Source: Camelus dromedarius (lineage: Eukaryota). Taken from it: a stretch of DNA of 64,000 nucleotides. Below are positions 11,286 through 24,555 of this stretch, piece after piece (position 1 is the stretch's first letter; each line of letters starts with the position of its first letter). Where the stretch lies: NCBI RefSeq assembly GCF_036321535.1, contig NC_087436.1, positions 99,574,001-99,638,000 of the forward strand, read 5' to 3'. Below the pieces are notes generated by a model. The model did no database searches, was not told the DNA's origin, and saw nothing but the letters and a program-made list of their open reading frames with translations. The position numbers and the translations under genes were made by a program.

Positions 11286-14200
11286 AACCTCATAAGTTAT
11301 TTTTAACAAAATGATAAAAGACTTTGTTTTCTTACTGAGACCTACATATGCCTTGTCTTCGTTGTGGCTGGGTAAAGAGCACTAAGCCCATTTCACAGAA
11401 GTGCTTTATGAGGAAACAGCTATGAAGCTCCACAGAGGAGACGAGGTGCAGCCTCAAGCATCAGGATTTAGGAGAGAGACTGTAGCATTCACCTTGACCC
11501 AGGTTCCATGGCGCTGGAGTAGATGTGGTTTTTTACCAGACCAGTTCACTCTCTGCCCCAGTGCTCCTTTGCTAATGGCACCATCCTGAGAAAGAGAGAA
11601 AGTAATCATGTAAAGTAGTTCTATCCCCACAAGTATTAAATGGGCCACCTATATTTATTCCCTCTCTCCCTACAAAATACCTTGAAGTGACACTATGGAG
11701 AGCTCGTTTTAGGCTAACTGCAATGTGACAGTTTTCTCCTTCTGCAGGAGAAGGATAATCAGGTTCATTAATCCGTTCAGACCTCCAGGGTATCATTTAT
11801 TAAATTGCTCCCAATGTGCCTTATTCACTCCCAGGAAATAATTTACATACTAGGGAAATTTGATTCACTATCAAGCATATCCCATTTTAAACAATTCTCA
11901 TTTTCCTTCCTTGGTAGAAGGTAATAACTTATGCAAGATACGTGCAGGCGTAGATCATGCCATGCTGGGAAGTCATTTAAGTATTACTTTCAGGATGCCA
12001 ATATTCCATGAAAAAATATCTGCAATACATAATTCAATGAAATTAATGAGAATTTTTCCCCATATTTTTCTTGCGCTATCTCCCCTCCCCAAAAGAAGAC
12101 AATTAAAATTAATCTTACGTAAAATGTTAGGACCTGGAAGTATAGATTCAGTTACACACAGATGGGCATGGAAGTCATGCAGGTGCCTCTCTGTTTCATT
12201 TTTCTGCCTCAGTCTTTCAAGTGACTCCCAGCTGAAGCTACTTTGTGTTACACAAGCCATGATCTAAATGGTTAACTGCACTTTAAGACATGTTGCTTCT
12301 CAACTGAAACAACACTAGCTGTCTTAGAAAATTCACTTGGTTTTTGGTTTCAATAGTAAAATCATGTTTCAACTGGTTAAGCTTTAACTTTTCTTCTACA
12401 ACAGGAAGGCTCTGATGCTAACAAACACGAATACAAAGCACTTAACACGTGCCTGGATTTTGTCCCAGCATTTTACACTTCTTCACTCAAATCTTCCTTC
12501 AGGCAACCCTGTGGGGTGAATACTCCCCTCATCACAACTGAGAGATGAGGAAATGGAGGCAGAGCAACCAAATAATACACACACTGCTTAGGTACCTCTC
12601 CATGATGAAGAGCATCTATTAGATTGCTTGTTTTTTTTTTTTTAAACGGAAATATTTCACCTTTGCAGAGATAGCTGCTAAGCTTCAAACTGTGGAATTG
12701 ATAACATATTGAATGAAACAGCACCGGAAGAGCTATTCAGTTCTCAACTATTACCTGCTGCCCCCAGTTGCTGATGAATGACCGACCTGGAGTGAGAAAA
12801 TCCGATGCAGTTCCAGCCCTCTCCTAGCCATCTGTGTCTTCCTATACCTTAGTTGTCTTCTCTAGGAAATAAGTCGATGATGGTCATAAGAGCCTTTAAG
12901 CCATGAAACTCTATGATTTTCCCAACTTTTATCAATGAATGGTGTGTGATTTGGCTAAAAACTAAAAAAATGGCAACCAGGAATATGGAGAGGTGTAAAC
13001 TCCCAGCAGTCCTTTCCCCCCCAATGCAAAAAATAACATTGCATAATTATGATTTGGGGACATTTTATCAGTAGAAGGATGGAGTAAATCTTCTAATATA
13101 TTAAATTTGCTTCTCAACAAACCTGCTAAATAGCCAAGTTCAACTGTGATTCCAAAATATTTCTTTACTCAGATAACAAATCACAGCTTATGCAGTCAAT
13201 ATGCTGGCCAGCAGCAGACTGAGTGTCCTGCCCCCTAAACACAAGATTGCTGATGGAGCAAAATCGTAAGATCAAATGAATAGCGATTGAACCTTCTAGT
13301 CAGTCTTCCAGTCTCAGAGCGGCAGTTTGCAGAATTCTATGACATTCACATTACTTCCCCTGCTGTAATCAGTTATGTATTTTAATCTTAAAAGATGTAA
13401 ATTGTAGGCTTAGAAGAGTGAAAGCACCATGTCCATGCTGGCAGAAAATATTTTAAGTTATTTTCTGACAGTATGAAAATAGAGCTCCTGAGATTTTAGC
13501 TGATGGACAGTTGGGGATTTGGAGGGCAAATCAGAAAGTCAGCTCAGAAACAGGGATTTCCCTGCTGTTGTGCTTGATCTCACTGCTATTCGTTTGTTCC
13601 CCGGAGTGCCAAGTTTTTAATTTTGGCATTTGCAAGACAATGTGAGGCAAGCCTGCATCATAGCTTTGGAACCTAGCGTCCTTCCAGTAAAATAACAAAT
13701 CCATGAAATAGATGCGACTGAAACTTTTATTCTTCCAAATGTAATAAATTACTGTTTGACGGTCAACCACACTCATGAAATAGATGACGTGAGGACATGG
13801 GTTTGCATAGTTCGGGGGGACACTGTTGATTTTTAATATTTTCTTTAAAAAAATACAAAGGATATGAACTCTTTAGGTCAATACAACTCAGGGAAAGAGG
13901 GAAAATGGAATTTCAGATCAAAGGGAAAGTGCGTCATTGTTTAGGTTATCAGGTTCCCACTCTCCCAGTACCCATAAAGCAAGAATTTCACTCCTTCATA
14001 CAGAGGAGACTTGAGTGGTGGCTGAGAAATGATGACAGCAGTAATTGGAACTACCAAAGAATTTTGGCTGTCCTTGATTATTTTGTCCCAGGCTGAACAG
14101 AACCTAAGGACAGGTAGGAGAAACTTATAGTAGGAAAAGGACTAAATGTACCAAACACAGCAGTGAAAACCACTCCTGAGCAGGAGTGTGCTCTGAAAGG

Positions 14201-14876
14201 AATGGGGCAGTGATCAGGTGGCTGAACTACTAGGCTGCTGCCCTCCAACCCTATCCCCAAGTAAACAGCATGGAAATGGAAATAGAATACTGCTACCCAG
14301 ATATCTCGTTCAGTGAATGTGAGCGTCCGGGAGGCAGTAAGCTGGTGCCAGCTAGTTTTGTGAGTTCATAAAAGAGCCACTTCAGAAAAGAGGCACTGGT
14401 TGGGACCACTACCAGGAAGGACACATGAAGAGGAGACCTTGATATTACAGCAATCTTTTTCTCAACCAGAAAACCCATTTTTGGTGTTTGAAAGCTGTGT
14501 TGTAGATGCTAGTTTTTTAATGATGTCAAAGGACTGAGGAAAGGTACAGAAGAGAACAATTTTTAACAGTACAGGCGCTACAATCAGACAATTAGAACCA
14601 AATTTTGACTCTTTCATTATTTCCTATGCGATATTTGGCAAACAGCCAAAATTTTGTCAGTTTTCATCTTCAAAAGTGAGGACTTGACTTTCCTTCTTTT
14701 TTTAACAAATGATGCAATATGATGTCTAAGATGACATTAACACATATTTTCAGCACACAAACAGTAGCTGAAAAAGTTTTTATTATTTCTCTGAGCTAGT
14801 TCCAAAAGGCTTAGAAGAAACCGAGCATGTGCTTTTGGATGAGTTTCAAAGGAACAGAAGCTATTAAGTTCTACAG

Positions 14877-15377
14877 TGTTGGAGTGAGATGTACATGGGG
14901 GTAGAGGAGGAAAAATATCTTTGTCTTTCTGTCTTTCTAGGTGTTAGGCTGGATCTCTGTAGCAAAGACAAATTAACAAGAGACAGTTTATTGTCTATAT
15001 ATCTTCCATGACATACAAGCCTATATATGGAAATGAAGATGAAGAGATGATTAAACCTGAGTGTATTTATACTAGGTTGCATGAAGAATAGAAAGTCATG
15101 GGAAAATATGATAGAACAAAAGGATAAGCTAGGTGTGAAAACCGAGGAAAACTTAGCAAGTCTGGTTTGTTCAGATTCCCCTCCAAGTTCCTCCACATTT
15201 GGCGATACTTTTTCTTCAGTTGTAGAAAAGGCATCTCCTCATATGAAGGTCTTATGACCTGCTTCAGAGGAAGATCAGAGAATCCTTCCAGCACCTGCTT
15301 TTTCCCAGATTCCTTCAGCCTAAAATATTCAAATTCCAGGGTGCCAAATTTTGGGTAGCATGTCCTGAACCCCATCG
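14877..15377 (-). mobile_element. ERV1 solo LTR (MER34/MER39-like)
   Basis: Right end reverse-complements to GATGGGGTTCAGGACATGCTACCCAAAATTTGGCAC..TATTTTAGGCTGAAGG, resembling the MER34-family start. Confidence 0.75.
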
Positions 15378-17544
15378 CAGGAGACCCATTTTTTTTTTCA
15401 GATACTCCGGAGATGTTACAGGAAGGAAGGAGAGGCTTCCATTTAAAAGGATTTGAAAAGACTACAGATTTGATTGTAGTTCACCTTTCTGGGTGGAAGA
15501 GCTTTTAAAGATAATAATGCAGAACTAAATATAATTTGAGCTTCAAAAAAGTAATCAGGGATTCTCAATGAAAAATTTTGGCTTTGTAAATACCAGATGA
15601 TGATCAGTCAAATAATTACTAGCAATCCTCTTTAACTGTGTAAACTTTGTGTTTAGAGCTTTGAACATCCACCTTTTCTGGAGGGAAGGCATTGCTCCAT
15701 ATTTTTTTTGTGTTGTAGCCAGCGCTAAACACATGGTAAACGTGCTATCAAATTTGTTGAAATTAAAGAAAGGATTAAATTATAGAAGGGATAAATTTTG
15801 AATATCTTACCTTTAGGAGAGTATATTTATTAACAAGCAAGAAAGGTGGTATAGATGTGATTTTAAATATCTAAAGGAAGATTCAAATATTTATTCAAAT
15901 ATTTGGACAACTGCTCTACTCAGTTAAAATTGAGTATTTGCTAAAAAACATCTTTTAAACAATAATTGTTAAAAATAGGAATAGTAACTAATGTCATTAG
16001 TGAACTATTCTTATAAAAGCATATTATTCTAAAGATTCTATAGCCATAATACTTTGTAGTATTACGAATTTTTGACGAAAATTCACATATTATCTTGGTG
16101 CTCGATAAAGTATAAAAACCTAGGTATATGAGTATAGTTTTGTTTCAAATTACTAAATATAGAAAAGTTGTCTACAATACAAATTTATGTAAAGTAAATT
16201 CTATTTTACAAAAAGTATCTCAGAAGATAGAAATGTAAAATGAAAAATGGGTTTGTTCTTGCTTACCAGTGCACAGTGAATCTGTCAAGATGTTAAAATA
16301 ACATCAGGATTTTGTGGAACATTTTTGAATCTGGCGTTCATTTTTTACACGTTTAAAAAATTAGTCACAGAGGTCGTCACTTGCTGCCTCTGCTCATTCT
16401 CCATGCCACTATCCTTGGCTGACCCGAGGCGCCAGAATTCTTCAGAATGCTTTCTCATACTTATTCCCATCATGTCTAAATATAGTACTGTTTCAGTTCC
16501 CCAAAACACTCCAGGTCTTACCAAAACTTCAGTTTAATAAGCCTCTACTGAAAAATACTTCCCTGCGAGGGGCGACTGATTCACAATTCCTAAACATAAT
16601 GTGAGAGTCCTCAGGCCTTAGAATACTGCCACATAGCAAAGGAGAGGCTCAACTTTGTGACTGAGGACCTGTTTGCCAAACAAGACAAAACAAAACAAAA
16701 CAAAAAAACAAAAAACAGATAACCTCCCCACTGTGAAAAATTCAAGCTGAGACGGGCTGATTCCCATCCAAAAATGATTGACACACACATGATACTATTT
16801 CACAGGATATCCTCAGCCCCACCTAATCATTATAAAACATTCTCAAGTGCTGGAGTGTTTCAATTTAAATAATATCTGTGATGGACAATTGACACTTAGC
16901 AGTCTAGTCACAATCTGAGGTGACTTAAAAATTCTAAGTGACTACATTAATTCTTTAGGTATGCAATCTAAAAATCAACCCAATTTACATTATTTAATGG
17001 AACACAACATCTCAGTCTGAAAATTTTACATTTAGATTTAGAATGACTTTATTTTATTCTTTAAAAAATAGTCTGACTTTACATTTTTTTTATAAAACTT
17101 ACAGGACAGAGCTTATCCTGCTATCTTTTCCAAAGCAAGGGAGCTTTTCACAGGAATTGACATCTATTCCAAAAATTGTAGAATGCCCACAATCTCCAGA
17201 TATTCACATTGTCGATTTTAAAAATGAGTGAATGACTAGACATTAACAAACTTTAAAAATCACTCAGCTGGGTAACTCATTACACTAATAATTCATAACA
17301 TAATTATTTAGTAAATCATAGGGTGAAAAATACATGTGTAATAAAATGAATGTGATACACATTCACATATATAGATACAAATGCATAGAAAAAAGCTAGA
17401 ATTATGTTTCTAACAAATGTTCTATTAAGTCATAGAATTAAGTGTCTTTATTCATAAATTACTTTATTTTTTATTTTCTCTAATTTTGTTACTTTTATAG
17501 TAAAAAATGGAACTTAGAATTTAAAACAGGATACTGAAACACTC

Positions 17545-17862
17545 GTGTGTAACCTAAAAAAAGAAAAAGGAAGACACTAATGAACTTATCTACAAAACAG
17601 AAACAGACTCACAGACATAGTAAACAAACTTATGGTTACTGGGGGGAAAAGGTGTAGGAAGGGATAAATTGGCAGTTTAAGATTTGCAAATATTAACTAT
17701 TATATATATGAAATAGATAAACAACAAGTATCTTCTGTATAGCACAGGGAACTATATTCAATATCATGTAGTAATCTATAATGAAAAATAATATGAAAAC
17801 ATTATGCTGTACACCAGAAATTGACACATTGTAAATTGACTATACTTCAATTAAAAAAAAAA
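17545..17862 (+). mobile_element. L1 3'UTR fragment with A-tail
   Basis: GAACTTATCTACAAAACAGAAACAGACTCACAGACATAG..GCACAGGGAACTATATTCAATATC..GACTATACTTCAATTAAAAAAAA. Confidence 0.9.
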
Positions 17863-18089
17863 GAAACAAAGAAGATAAGGTCATTATTCATAATTATGAT
17901 GTTCAAATTTAGAATTTTTAAAATCAGAATCAGTAGTAGGAAAGGTATAGTGTTACTGACGAAAGCTTGTACAATATGATCAACTTCTTCATTATTCATA
18001 AAATAAAATAAGGTGAAGTGTTACTCAGGGTCTATTACATAGGGTCTATTTCCTCTTTAAAAAGGGCACATGAGTTGTCCAATCTGGCA

Positions 18090-18320
18090 TTAACAGATAC
18101 CCATTACTATATATAAAAGAGATAAGCAATAAGGACCTACTGTATAGCATAGGAACTGTATTCAATTTCTTGCAATAACATATAATGGAAGATAATCTTT
18201 AAAAATATAAATATGCATGCATGTGTATAACTGAATCGCTTTGCTGTGTACCTGAAACTAACTTTGTAAATCAACTAGATGTCAGTAAGAAACAAAATTT
18301 TTAAAAAATAAAAATAAAAC
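18090..18320 (+). mobile_element. Older artiodactyl-type L1 3' end
   Basis: ACTATATATAAAAGAGATAAGCAATAAGGACCTACTGTATAGCATAGGAAC..ACTGAATCGCTTTGCTGTGTACCTGAAACTAAC. Confidence 0.8.
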
Positions 18321-18359
18321 ATACTGCTATAGGAGAATGGTTATTAAAAAAAAATCTAG

Positions 18360-18945
18360 AACCTCAATTCAAAAAGACACATGCACCCCAATATTCATAG
18401 CAGGACTTTTTATAACAGCCAAGACATGGAAACAACCCAAATGTCCATCAACAGATGACATGGTAAAGAAGATGTGGTATATTTATACAATGGAATACTA
18501 CTCGGCTGTAAAAAATAATAAAATAATGCCATTTGCAGTAACATGGATAGACCTGGAGAATGTCATTCTGAGTGAAGTAAGCCAGAAAGAGAAAGAAAAA
18601 TACCATTTGATATCACTTATATGTGGAATATAAAAAGAAAAAAGACAAACAAACTTATTTACAAAACAGAAACAGACTCATAGACATAAAAAACAAACTT
18701 ATGCTTACCAAAGGGGGAAGGAGGTGGGAAAGGGTAAGTTGGGAGTTTGAGATTTGCAGATACTAATATATATAAAATAAACAACAAGTTTATACTGTAT
18801 AGCACAGGGAACTATATTCAATATCTTATAGTAATTTACAGTGAAAAAGAATATGAAAACAATTATATATATGTTCCTATATGACTGAAGTACTGTGCTG
18901 TACACCAGAAACTGACACAACATTGTAAACTGACTATGCATACAT
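18360..18945 (+). mobile_element. 5'-truncated L1 (ORF2 C-terminus plus 3'UTR)
   Basis: ORF 18337-18633 encodes [39 protein letters not shown], the ORF2p C-terminus, followed by the L1 3'UTR. Confidence 0.93.
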
Positions 18946-19815
18946 ATATACATATATTTTTTTTTTAAATGTAGTTCTGGAAACAGGAATGTATACTATC
19001 TTGGAGTCTCTTTAAGATAATGGTATTTTTACAGTCTAAAGATTCCTTTTCTTTATTTTCCTAAATGGCCATTATAAAAGGTTATAGGAATTTTTATTGG
19101 ATAGATAATATGGTATTCATCTTAGTAACTGTTTAGATGTTACTGTTTTTTAAGCAAAGAGTTATGAAAATAAGGAGGAAGTGTTGTGTTTCACTTTGGA
19201 GATTATTTGCTGAATGAAGAATTCATGCTTTTAACTAGGCAGCTGTCACAACTATTTATGAAAATGCACTCTCCTTGTAGCTTTGTTAACAGAATTAACA
19301 AGACAAATACATTTTGTGCTTCACCAGTCTTTCTAAATTATCTGTTCAAATTAACAATGTGAACTGAATGAAAGGGTGAATGACTACAAGCTAATAATGA
19401 AATTTAAGACAGCCAAAAAACATGGGTTTCCATAGCAAGAAGGTACAGGGTTATATACACTTAAAAATACTTTTATACAAATATTTCTCCAATAATTTTT
19501 TTTTCAAAACAATTTGCCATTGATTATAAGTGACATCTTTTATTTTCTAGCCAAGATATGTGTGGATACTTTGAGAATGAGATCAATTCCTGTATCAGTG
19601 GTTGGCCTTGCTAATATATTCAAAAGCTTACAGCATTTTTCTCATTAGTAACACTTGTCTTAGTGACCCTTCATAGGAATATGAAGCAACTTAATTGGTT
19701 TTAAATAGTAAATTGAAGCAGAAATTCAAATATTTTAAATCAAAAGTTATGATAAAGATAAAATAGATTAATGGCCAGTAACATAACTGAGGCCCAGAGA
19801 ACCATACAGCATGCA

Positions 19816-19988
19816 TAAAGTTGCCACATTTAGAAATCAAAATACAAAATATCCAGTCAAATTTGAATTTCAGATAAAGAGCAAATACTTTCATGATCCA
19901 AATGGGACCTTCTTCTACTAAACAAATGTTCGTTGTTTATCTGATATTCAAATACCTACATGAACTGAATTTTATCTGGCAACCCTGG
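19816..19988. mobile_element. MER53-like palindromic hAT MITE
   Basis: GTTGCCACATTTAG..AAATTTGAATTTCAGATAAA with inverted arm TTTATCTGATATTCAAAT..TCTGGCAACCCT. Confidence 0.8.
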
Positions 19989-20634
19989 GTACACAAGGAT
20001 TCTACAATCCCCACTGCCAGTCTACAGAACTCTGGATTCTTGGGCTAAATTTCAGTTTTGGTTCTAGAAAATTATTATACTTGTAATTTAGAGCAACTCA
20101 AGTGTGTTCATTAACATAGATCTGAAAGAAACCATCACCAATATAGATCAGGTTTATTTTAATTTACATTAAAAATAAATAAGCCAAAGCATATATCTAT
20201 TATTGCACAATGCATTAAAAAATAAAACTTCTCATATTCCATGATGTAGGTTATATCAAAAACAAAAATATTTTCAGATAATTATGTATTCATTTACCAA
20301 TATATGAATAAAACATCGCACAAAGTGCATTATGTTGTTAAGCAGACATTGCTTCGTCCTTGAGCTTTAAGATTTAATTTAATAACTTGGATGTTTTATC
20401 TTCTGATATTTACAAACTTCACAAAAGTATAGTTTTTTCATTATTTTTTTTTAGGTTATTTTCAAGTGTGTAAATCTGTAACTATGCTAATGAAAAGAGA
20501 AAGGCAATTCACTTTATTTACTTGTACTCAGTTTTATAAGAAATATTTTACTTGAAGTAAATTCAAGGTATTCCAATAAAAATATAGACTGTTAATTTTT
20601 TTTTTTGAAGCATGTGTGTGACATTCTTAGATGT

Positions 20635-20868
20635 ATGAATGCTAGACCTTGATTTCCTGGGTTCAAGATCCTGGTGTAAAACTGACTAGATGAGTGATCA
20701 TGGGCAAATGATGCAAATTTTCTATGCCACACTTTTTTAATCTATAAAATGGTAATAATAATAATAATGCTTTCACCTGGTAAGTCTGAAGTGAGATTTC
20801 AGATGAATTAATTTTTGAATAATGCTTTAAGCAGTGACCAGTAAGCACTGAAATGTTTGCTGGTTATC
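20635..20868 (+). mobile_element. MIR SINE
   Basis: CCTGGGTTCAAGATCCTGG..TGGGCAAATG..ATCTATAAAATGGTAATAATA..CAGTAAGCACTGAAATGTT. Confidence 0.75.
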
Positions 20869-21644
20869 TTTATATCTTAGTTAAACCATTAGTTTCTAGG
20901 TCATTAACATACTTTCAATTATTTTAAAACTAATTGTAATTAAGGTAAAGATTTTAGTTATTTGACTCACATGTGGATAGGCTTGATTATATCAAACATG
21001 TAAAACAAAGCCATCATACTTACTGGTTTTGAAACTCAGTCGTATACAAATCAGTCACTTACAGAGAATATTTTGAAGAGTTGTCAAAGTGTATATCGTA
21101 AGTTAAAGCTGTTATGGAGTGCTAGTATTAGTACAAAAGAGTTAATTCTTATTTAGCGATGTCTGTTCCATTCCCTTAAACTTAAACATTAAGTAAAAAT
21201 CATGTTAGCACTCTAGATTCAGGAATCATAATTGTTTTAGACTCAGTCCAAATTTGGGTAGTAAAATAGATCTTAGATGTTTTTGGGTAATGATCCCACA
21301 GTAAAACTTCATATCATAACATAAAAAAAATCTTTTTAAACATTTTTTTATTGAGTTATAGTCATTTCACAACATTGTATCAAATTCCAGTGTAGAACAC
21401 AATTTTTCAGTTATACATGAACATACATATATTCATTGTCACACTTTTTTTGCTGTGAGCTACCACAAGATCTTGTATATATACAGTATAATCTTGTTTA
21501 CCTATTATACATATGTCCGTCAGTATCTACAAATTTTGAACACTCATTCTATACCTTTCCACCCTGCTCCCCCTTGGCAACCGCAAGTTTGTATTCTATG
21601 TCTATGAGTATATTTCTGTTTTGTATTTATGTTCTTTTTTTTTT

Positions 21645-24156
21645 TTAGGTTCCACATATGAGCGATTTCATATGGTATTTTTCTTTCTCTTTCTGGCTTA
21701 CTTCACTTAGAATGACATTCTCCAGGGACATCCATGTTGCTGCAAATAACATTATGTTGTTTTTTATGGCTGAATAGTATTCCATTGTATAAATATACCA
21801 CCTCTTCTTTATCCAGTCATCTGTTGATGGACATTTAGGCTGTCTCCATGTCTTGGCTATTGTAAATAGTGCTGCTATGAACATTGGGGTGCAGGTGTCT
21901 CTTTGGAGTAGGGTTCCTTCTGGATATATGCCCAGGAGCGGGATTCCTGGGTCATATGGTAAGTCTATTCCTAGTCTTTTGAGGAATCTCCATACTGTTT
22001 TCCACAGTGGCTGCACCAAACTGCATTCCCACCGGTAGTGTATAGTAACATGTCATCGGCATATAGTGACACTTTTACCTCTTCTTTTCCAATTTGGATC
22101 CCTTTTATTTCTCTCTCTTGCCTGATTGCTGTGGCTAGGACTTCCAAGACTATGTTGAATAGGAGTGGTAATAGTGGGCATCCTTGTCTTGTCCCAGATT
22201 TTAGTGGGAAGCTTTTGAGTTTTTCACCATTGAGTACTATGCTCGCTGTAGGTTTGTCATAGATAACTTTTATTATGTTGAGATATGTTCCCTCTATACC
22301 CACTTTGGTAAGAGTTTTTATCATAAATGGGTGTTGAATTTTATCAAATGCTTCTTCTGCATCTATTGAGATGATCATGTGGTTTTTGTCCTTTCTCTTG
22401 TTGATGTGATGTATTACATTGATTGATTTGCATATGTTGAACCACCCTTGTGTCCCTGGGATGAACCCTACTTGGTCATGATGTATAATCTTTTCTATGT
22501 GTTGTTGGATTCTGTTTGCTAATATTTTGGTGAGGATTTTGGCGTCTATGTTCATCAGTGATATTGGCCTATAATTCTCTTTTTTTGTAGTGTCTTTGCC
22601 TGGTTTTGGTATCAGGGTGATGGCGGCTTCATAGAATGAGTTTGGGAGTATTCCCTCCTTTTCAATCTTCTGGAAAAGTTTGAGAAGGACTGGTATGAGT
22701 TCTTCTTTGTATGTTTGGTAGAATTCCCCAGTGAAGCCGTCAGGTCCTGAACTTTTATTTGTAGGGAGGTTTTTTTATTGCTATTTTGATTTCATTTCTA
22801 GTGATCGGTTTGTTCAAGTGGTCAGTTTCTCTTGATTCAGTCTTGGTGGACTGTATGTTTCCAGAAACTTGTCCCTCTCCTCTAGGTTATCCAGTTTGGT
22901 TCCATATAGTTTTTCATAATATTCTCATATGATATTCTGTATTTCTATTTTATTTGTTGTAATTTCTCCATTTTCCTTTCTTATTTTGCTGATTTGTGCT
23001 CTCTCTTTTTTCTTCTTTGTGAAGAAAGAAGGTTTGGCCAGAGGTTTGATGATTTTATTTACTCTTTCAAAAACCCAGCTTTTGGTTTGATTGATTTTTA
23101 TATGGTTTTTTTAATCTCTATTTTATTTATTTCCTCCCTGATCTTTATAATTTCCTTCCTTCTGCTGACTTTTGTGGGTTTTTTTCTCTTCTTTTTCTAA
23201 TTCTTTTAGCTGGTTGGTTAGATAGTTTATTTGAGATTGTTCTTCTTTTTTGAGGAAGACCTGTATCGCCATAAACTTCCCTCTTAGCACTGCCTTTGCT
23301 GCGTCCCATAAATTTTGTGTGATTGTATTTTCATTTTCATTTGTCTCAAGGTATTTTTAAATTTTAACTTTGATTTCATCGTTGACCCATTGTTTTTTTT
23401 TAATAGCATGTTGTTTAATCTCCATGCTTTCCCTTTTTTCTCCTTTGTTTCTCTGTAGTTGATTTCTAGTTTCATGGCATTTGGTCAGTAAAGTTGCTTG
23501 AGATAATTTCTATCTTCTTAAAATTGTTGAGGCTTCTTTTGTGCCCAAGTACATGATCAATGCTAGAAAATGTTCCATGTGCACTTGAAAAGAATGTATA
23601 TCCTATTTTTGGGGGGTGTAATGCTCTGAAAATATCCACCAAATCTAATTTTTCTATTGTATCATTTAATTTCTCTGTTGCCTTATTTATTTTCTGTCTG
23701 GAAGATCTGCCTAGTGATGTTAATATCTCTGACAATGATTTTATCCCCATCAATATCCCCCTTTATCTCTGTTAGTAATTCTTGTATGTACTTAGGTGCT
23801 CCTATATTGGGTGCATATATATTAACGTGTGTAATATCCTCATCTTGTATCACTCCTTTAATCATTATAAAATGTCCTTCTTTATCTTTCTTTATGGCCT
23901 TTGTTTTAAAGTCTATTTTGTCTGAAATCAGTACTGCTATACCTGCTTTTTTGGCTTTTCCATTTGCATGGAATATCCTTTTCCATCCTTTCACTCTCAA
24001 TCTATATGTGTCCTTCTCCCTAAAGTGGGTCTCTTGTATGCAGCATATTGAAGGTTCTTGCTTTATTATCCAGTCTGCCACTCTGTGTCTTTTGATTGGA
24101 GCATTTAGTCCATTAACATTTATAGTAATTAATGATAGATGTGTGTTTATTACCAT
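21645..24156 (-). pseudogene. L1 ORF2p (EN-RT-C-terminus), frameshifted and missing ~1.3 kb
   Basis: ORFs 23683-24156 (EN), 23472-23753, 23284-23475, 21971-22555 (RT through YADDMLLY), 21645-22019 (C-terminus). Confidence 0.93.
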
Positions 24157-24555
24157 TTTGAACTTATCTTTGCAGTTGATTTGGTATTTCCTCTTTGTTC
24201 CTTTCTTCTTCCTTTTGTGGTTTGGTAATTTTACTTTTTATTATCTTGGATTTTATTTAGTTTTTGTGACTCACTTGTAAGTTTTTGGATTGTGGTTACC
24301 ATTTTTGGAAGTCTATTAACCCGTTATAATTGTTTGTATTAAACAGATAGTAATATAGCCTCAAACCCATCCTAATGAGAACAAAAAGTTTAAAAAAGAA
24401 AAAAATATATTTTCTTGCCTCCCTCTCTCACTCTTAATGATTTAGATAGATGTCTTCTTTTACAATTTTGTGTTAATTCTATTTGTAATTCATGATAGTT
24501 ATCACTTTTCCAGTTATGAGTTTCTCATTTCTGAAGCATCCTGCTGCTTTTCTAT

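Noticed and set aside
11860..12267. 135-aa plus-strand ORF
   Set aside because: Non-ATG start, no recognisable domain, length compatible with chance
16561..16580. CTCF motif (CTGCGAGGGGCGAC)
   Set aside because: The core is one G short of the AGRKGGC consensus
21971..24156. Functional reverse transcriptase/endonuclease gene or new RT system
   Set aside because: Ordinary L1 ORF2 with several frameshifts and a large deletion
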